DNA of 64,000 bases, taken from the NCBI RefSeq assembly GCF_036321535.1, contig NC_087462.1, positions 11,780,001 to 11,844,000 of the forward strand, in the 5' to 3' direction. Positions 61,330 to 64,000 of the stretch are shown here, in pieces. The stretch is from Camelus dromedarius. Lineage: Eukaryota. Under the pieces are notes generated by a model. It was given only the letters and a program-made list of their open reading frames with translations. It ran no database searches and was not told where the DNA came from. A program made the translations under genes and the position numbers. Positions within the stretch are counted from its first letter, which is position 1. The number at the start of each line of letters is the position of its first letter.

Positions 61330-63860
61330 AAATATCTCCAAAGAACTCTTTTCAGACGTGAACTGAATCCAGCCAATATGGTACAGCAGGGATCATACTG
61401 ACCCTCCTCCCTGAAATATTTAAAAATAGCCACAGAAATATGTGAAACAATAGTGTTCAAGACACTGAACAACAGGCAATGAGGACCAGTGATCCTTGAG
61501 AAACAAGAAACAAATGAGATGAACCCTAAGATTGCCTGTTTATTGCCTTGAGAGAGTTTCCAGGCCATGGCGTGGTGCGGGAAAACACAGGCAGAACCCA
61601 GCAGGTGCCATGAGTCTTAGAGTCCAAAAAAACCAAGACAATTTGAGTTCACAGGGTGGAGTACTGGAGAGGAGAACACCTACAGAGACAGAATCACGGG
61701 GATCTGCAGAGGGTCTTCACAAAGGCTAGAGCAGAGGGCTGATGAGACCATGAACATGAGAAGATTTTCCGAGATAAGAGAAAGAACCATCCAGAAAGAT
61801 TAAAGGTTAAAGTGCCTGGCACTCAAACAGGGCTGGAAGTAGTGACCCAGAAGTGACACAGATTTTATCATTAGCAGACAAGGACTTTAAAACAATGATT
61901 ATAATGTATACTTCCAAAAGGCTAAGGAGAGATGCAGAAGATATAAAAATCAAACTCAACTTCTAGAAAAAAAAATGACTAAGATGAAAAATACAGTGAA
62001 GTGATTTAATGGAAGATTAAGCAGATCAGTACTGGGTAGAGAACTTGAAGATGTATCAATAAAACCTATCCACAATTAAACACAGTGAGAATTAAAAAAA
62101 AAAAAAGATTATCAGTGAGCACTGGGAACACTTCAAGTAGCCTAATGTACCTAAAACGAGAGAATCCAAAGGAGAGAAGGCACAGAAAAACTTTATCAAT
62201 GAACAATGACTAAAAACTTTCCAAATTTAATGGAAGCTATAAACGCATGGATCCAAAGAAACTAAAAAGAGATCTCAATTACAAGAAACATAGGGAAAAT
62301 TATGTTGAGGCACATTACAGTCAAATTGCTCAAAGTTAGTAATAGAGAAAAATCTTATGTCACAGGTAGTGAAATTGAAGATAATGGTAGAATTCTCACC
62401 AGGAACAACACAACTGTGTGAGTGAAAACATCTCTGAAGTACTGGAAGTAGAAAGTGTCAGCTGATAAATCTATGCCCAATGAAACTATCTTTCAAAAAT
62501 GAAGGAGAAATAAAAAGGATTATAAGGGAATGCTAAGAATGACTGTATATCAACAGATTATGCAACAGAGAAAATGGACAAAGAAAGACACAAACTACTC
62601 AAATATGCTAAAAAAAAAGAGTCAATATAATAAGAAAAGATATTGAATTAGTAATCAAAAATTTTTGTAGAAAAAAAAAGCCTATGAACAGATGGCTTCA
62701 ATGGTAAATTCTGCCAAATATCGAAAAATGAATTAACACTAGTCTTTCACAGACTTATCCAAAAAAACAGGAGTAGGAAACATCTTTCTCACCTCGTTCC
62801 CTAATGAAAATTCTATCCTGATACCAAAGAGTAGACAATGACATTACAAGGTCAATAAAAAACAGGGTTTTCATGGATTGATATATTACCTTCACAATGT
62901 ATGAGAAAAGCAAGGTAAATGAAAAAAAAAAAGCCAGAAAAAACATTTGCTTAACATATGTCCGATAGAGGACTTGCATTCAGTATACCTAGAACGTGCA
63001 AAGCTCAATAAGAAAACAAACAACTCAAATTTAAAAAATGGTGAATAGACTTGAACAGATACTTTACCAAGATATACTGATGACAAAAAGGCACATGAAA
63101 AGATGTCAACATACTAGGCATTAGGGAATTGCAAATGAAAACCATAATAATACAGCTCTCCACACCTATTGGAATGGCTAAAATTAGAAAAGACTTGACT
63201 GTACCAATTGTAGGGGAAAATGTGTAGGCACTGAAACTCTCATACATTGCTACTGGGATTGTAATATCATGCACACACCTTGGAAAACAGTTTGACAGTG
63301 TCTCAAAGTGTGAAACACACATGTGCCATATTATATGACCATTTAACTACAAGATATGAACTCAAGAAGAAAGAATATATATATCCATGTAAAGATTTGT
63401 ATATGAATGCTCATAACATCTTTGCTTTCAATAGCCTCAAACTGAACCCAAACCAGATATTCATCAATGAGGGAAGAGATAAACAATTGTGGTTAGCCAT
63501 ACAATGGAAGACAATTCCACAATAAAGAGAAAAGAATTACTGTTGTATATATCAAATGACTCTTCAAAATACTTATGCTGAGTTAGAGAATCCAGACAAA
63601 AATTTTCATACAGTAGAATTCTATTTATATAGAAATCTAGAAAATACAAACTGATCCATAGTGATAGAAAGTCTGTGTGAAGCATTGCTAGGGAACGAGG
63701 AGATACAGTGATCATTTCTTAATTGTCATAATGGCTTCATGGGTCTATACATATGTCAAATTTTATTACACTGCATACTTTATGTGTAATTTATTTTAGG
63801 TCAATTATTTACTGATGATAAATTTTATACATATTTTTTATTTTAATAAAAAACAAATAT
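61330..63860 (+). mobile_element. Old, internally deleted near-full-span L1M (5' end, ORF1, ORF2 and 3' UTR remnants)
   Basis: 5' end GAACAACAGGCAATGAGGACCAGTGATCCTTGAG, ORF1 GAACTTGAAGATGTATCAATA, ORF2 CAGATGGCTTCAATGGTAAATTCT and CATTAGGGAATTGCAAAT, 3' end GTCATAATGGCTTCATGGGTCTATACATATGTCAAA. Confidence 0.85.
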
Positions 63861-64000
63861 AAATTAAACAGTATAAAATGACAAATATATAAACAGTGCA
63901 ATTTGATGTTTTCAAAAGCTAATATTTTGAATGATTTGATGATAATTGATTTTAAATGTCTGAATTACTTATTGAGATAAATCAATGATTAAGAAATTTT

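Overview
Mammalian non-coding genomic DNA, most likely camelid (alpaca/camel). The assignment rests on tRNA-Ala(AGC)-derived SINEs of the vic-1 type and cetartiodactyl-type young L1 3' ends. The window is roughly 40% GC by eye, carries one 196-N scaffold gap (46014-46209) and is dominated by decayed repeats (L1, L2, MIR, MaLR/ERVL/ERV1 LTRs, hAT and Tigger DNA transposons). I could not recognise any protein-coding gene, RNA gene or CRISPR array. The ORF track is explained by L1 ORF2 remnants, antisense repeat frames and chance ORFs, so the window is intronic or intergenic, and I cannot name the locus. I see no support for a new biological system. Best leads: (1) an ERV1-type LTR whose R/U5 end is replaced by an inverted copy of its own first ~120 bp, giving a TIR-like fold-back element next to a CpG-island-like patch (17125-17662); (2) a solo LTR with a complete-looking promoter (six CCAAT boxes at 23-24 bp spacing, octamer, TATA; 30199-30768); (3) a MER41-like solo LTR whose STAT/GAS positions are altered (43023-43673); (4) several short patches where old repeats are strongly GC-shifted, possibly footprints of GC-biased gene conversion; (5) a perfect 22-bp double-GATA palindrome (13457-13478). 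Repeat family names come from my memory of consensus sequences and were not run through RepeatMasker/Dfam; boundaries of old repeats are approximate. Counts were made by hand.
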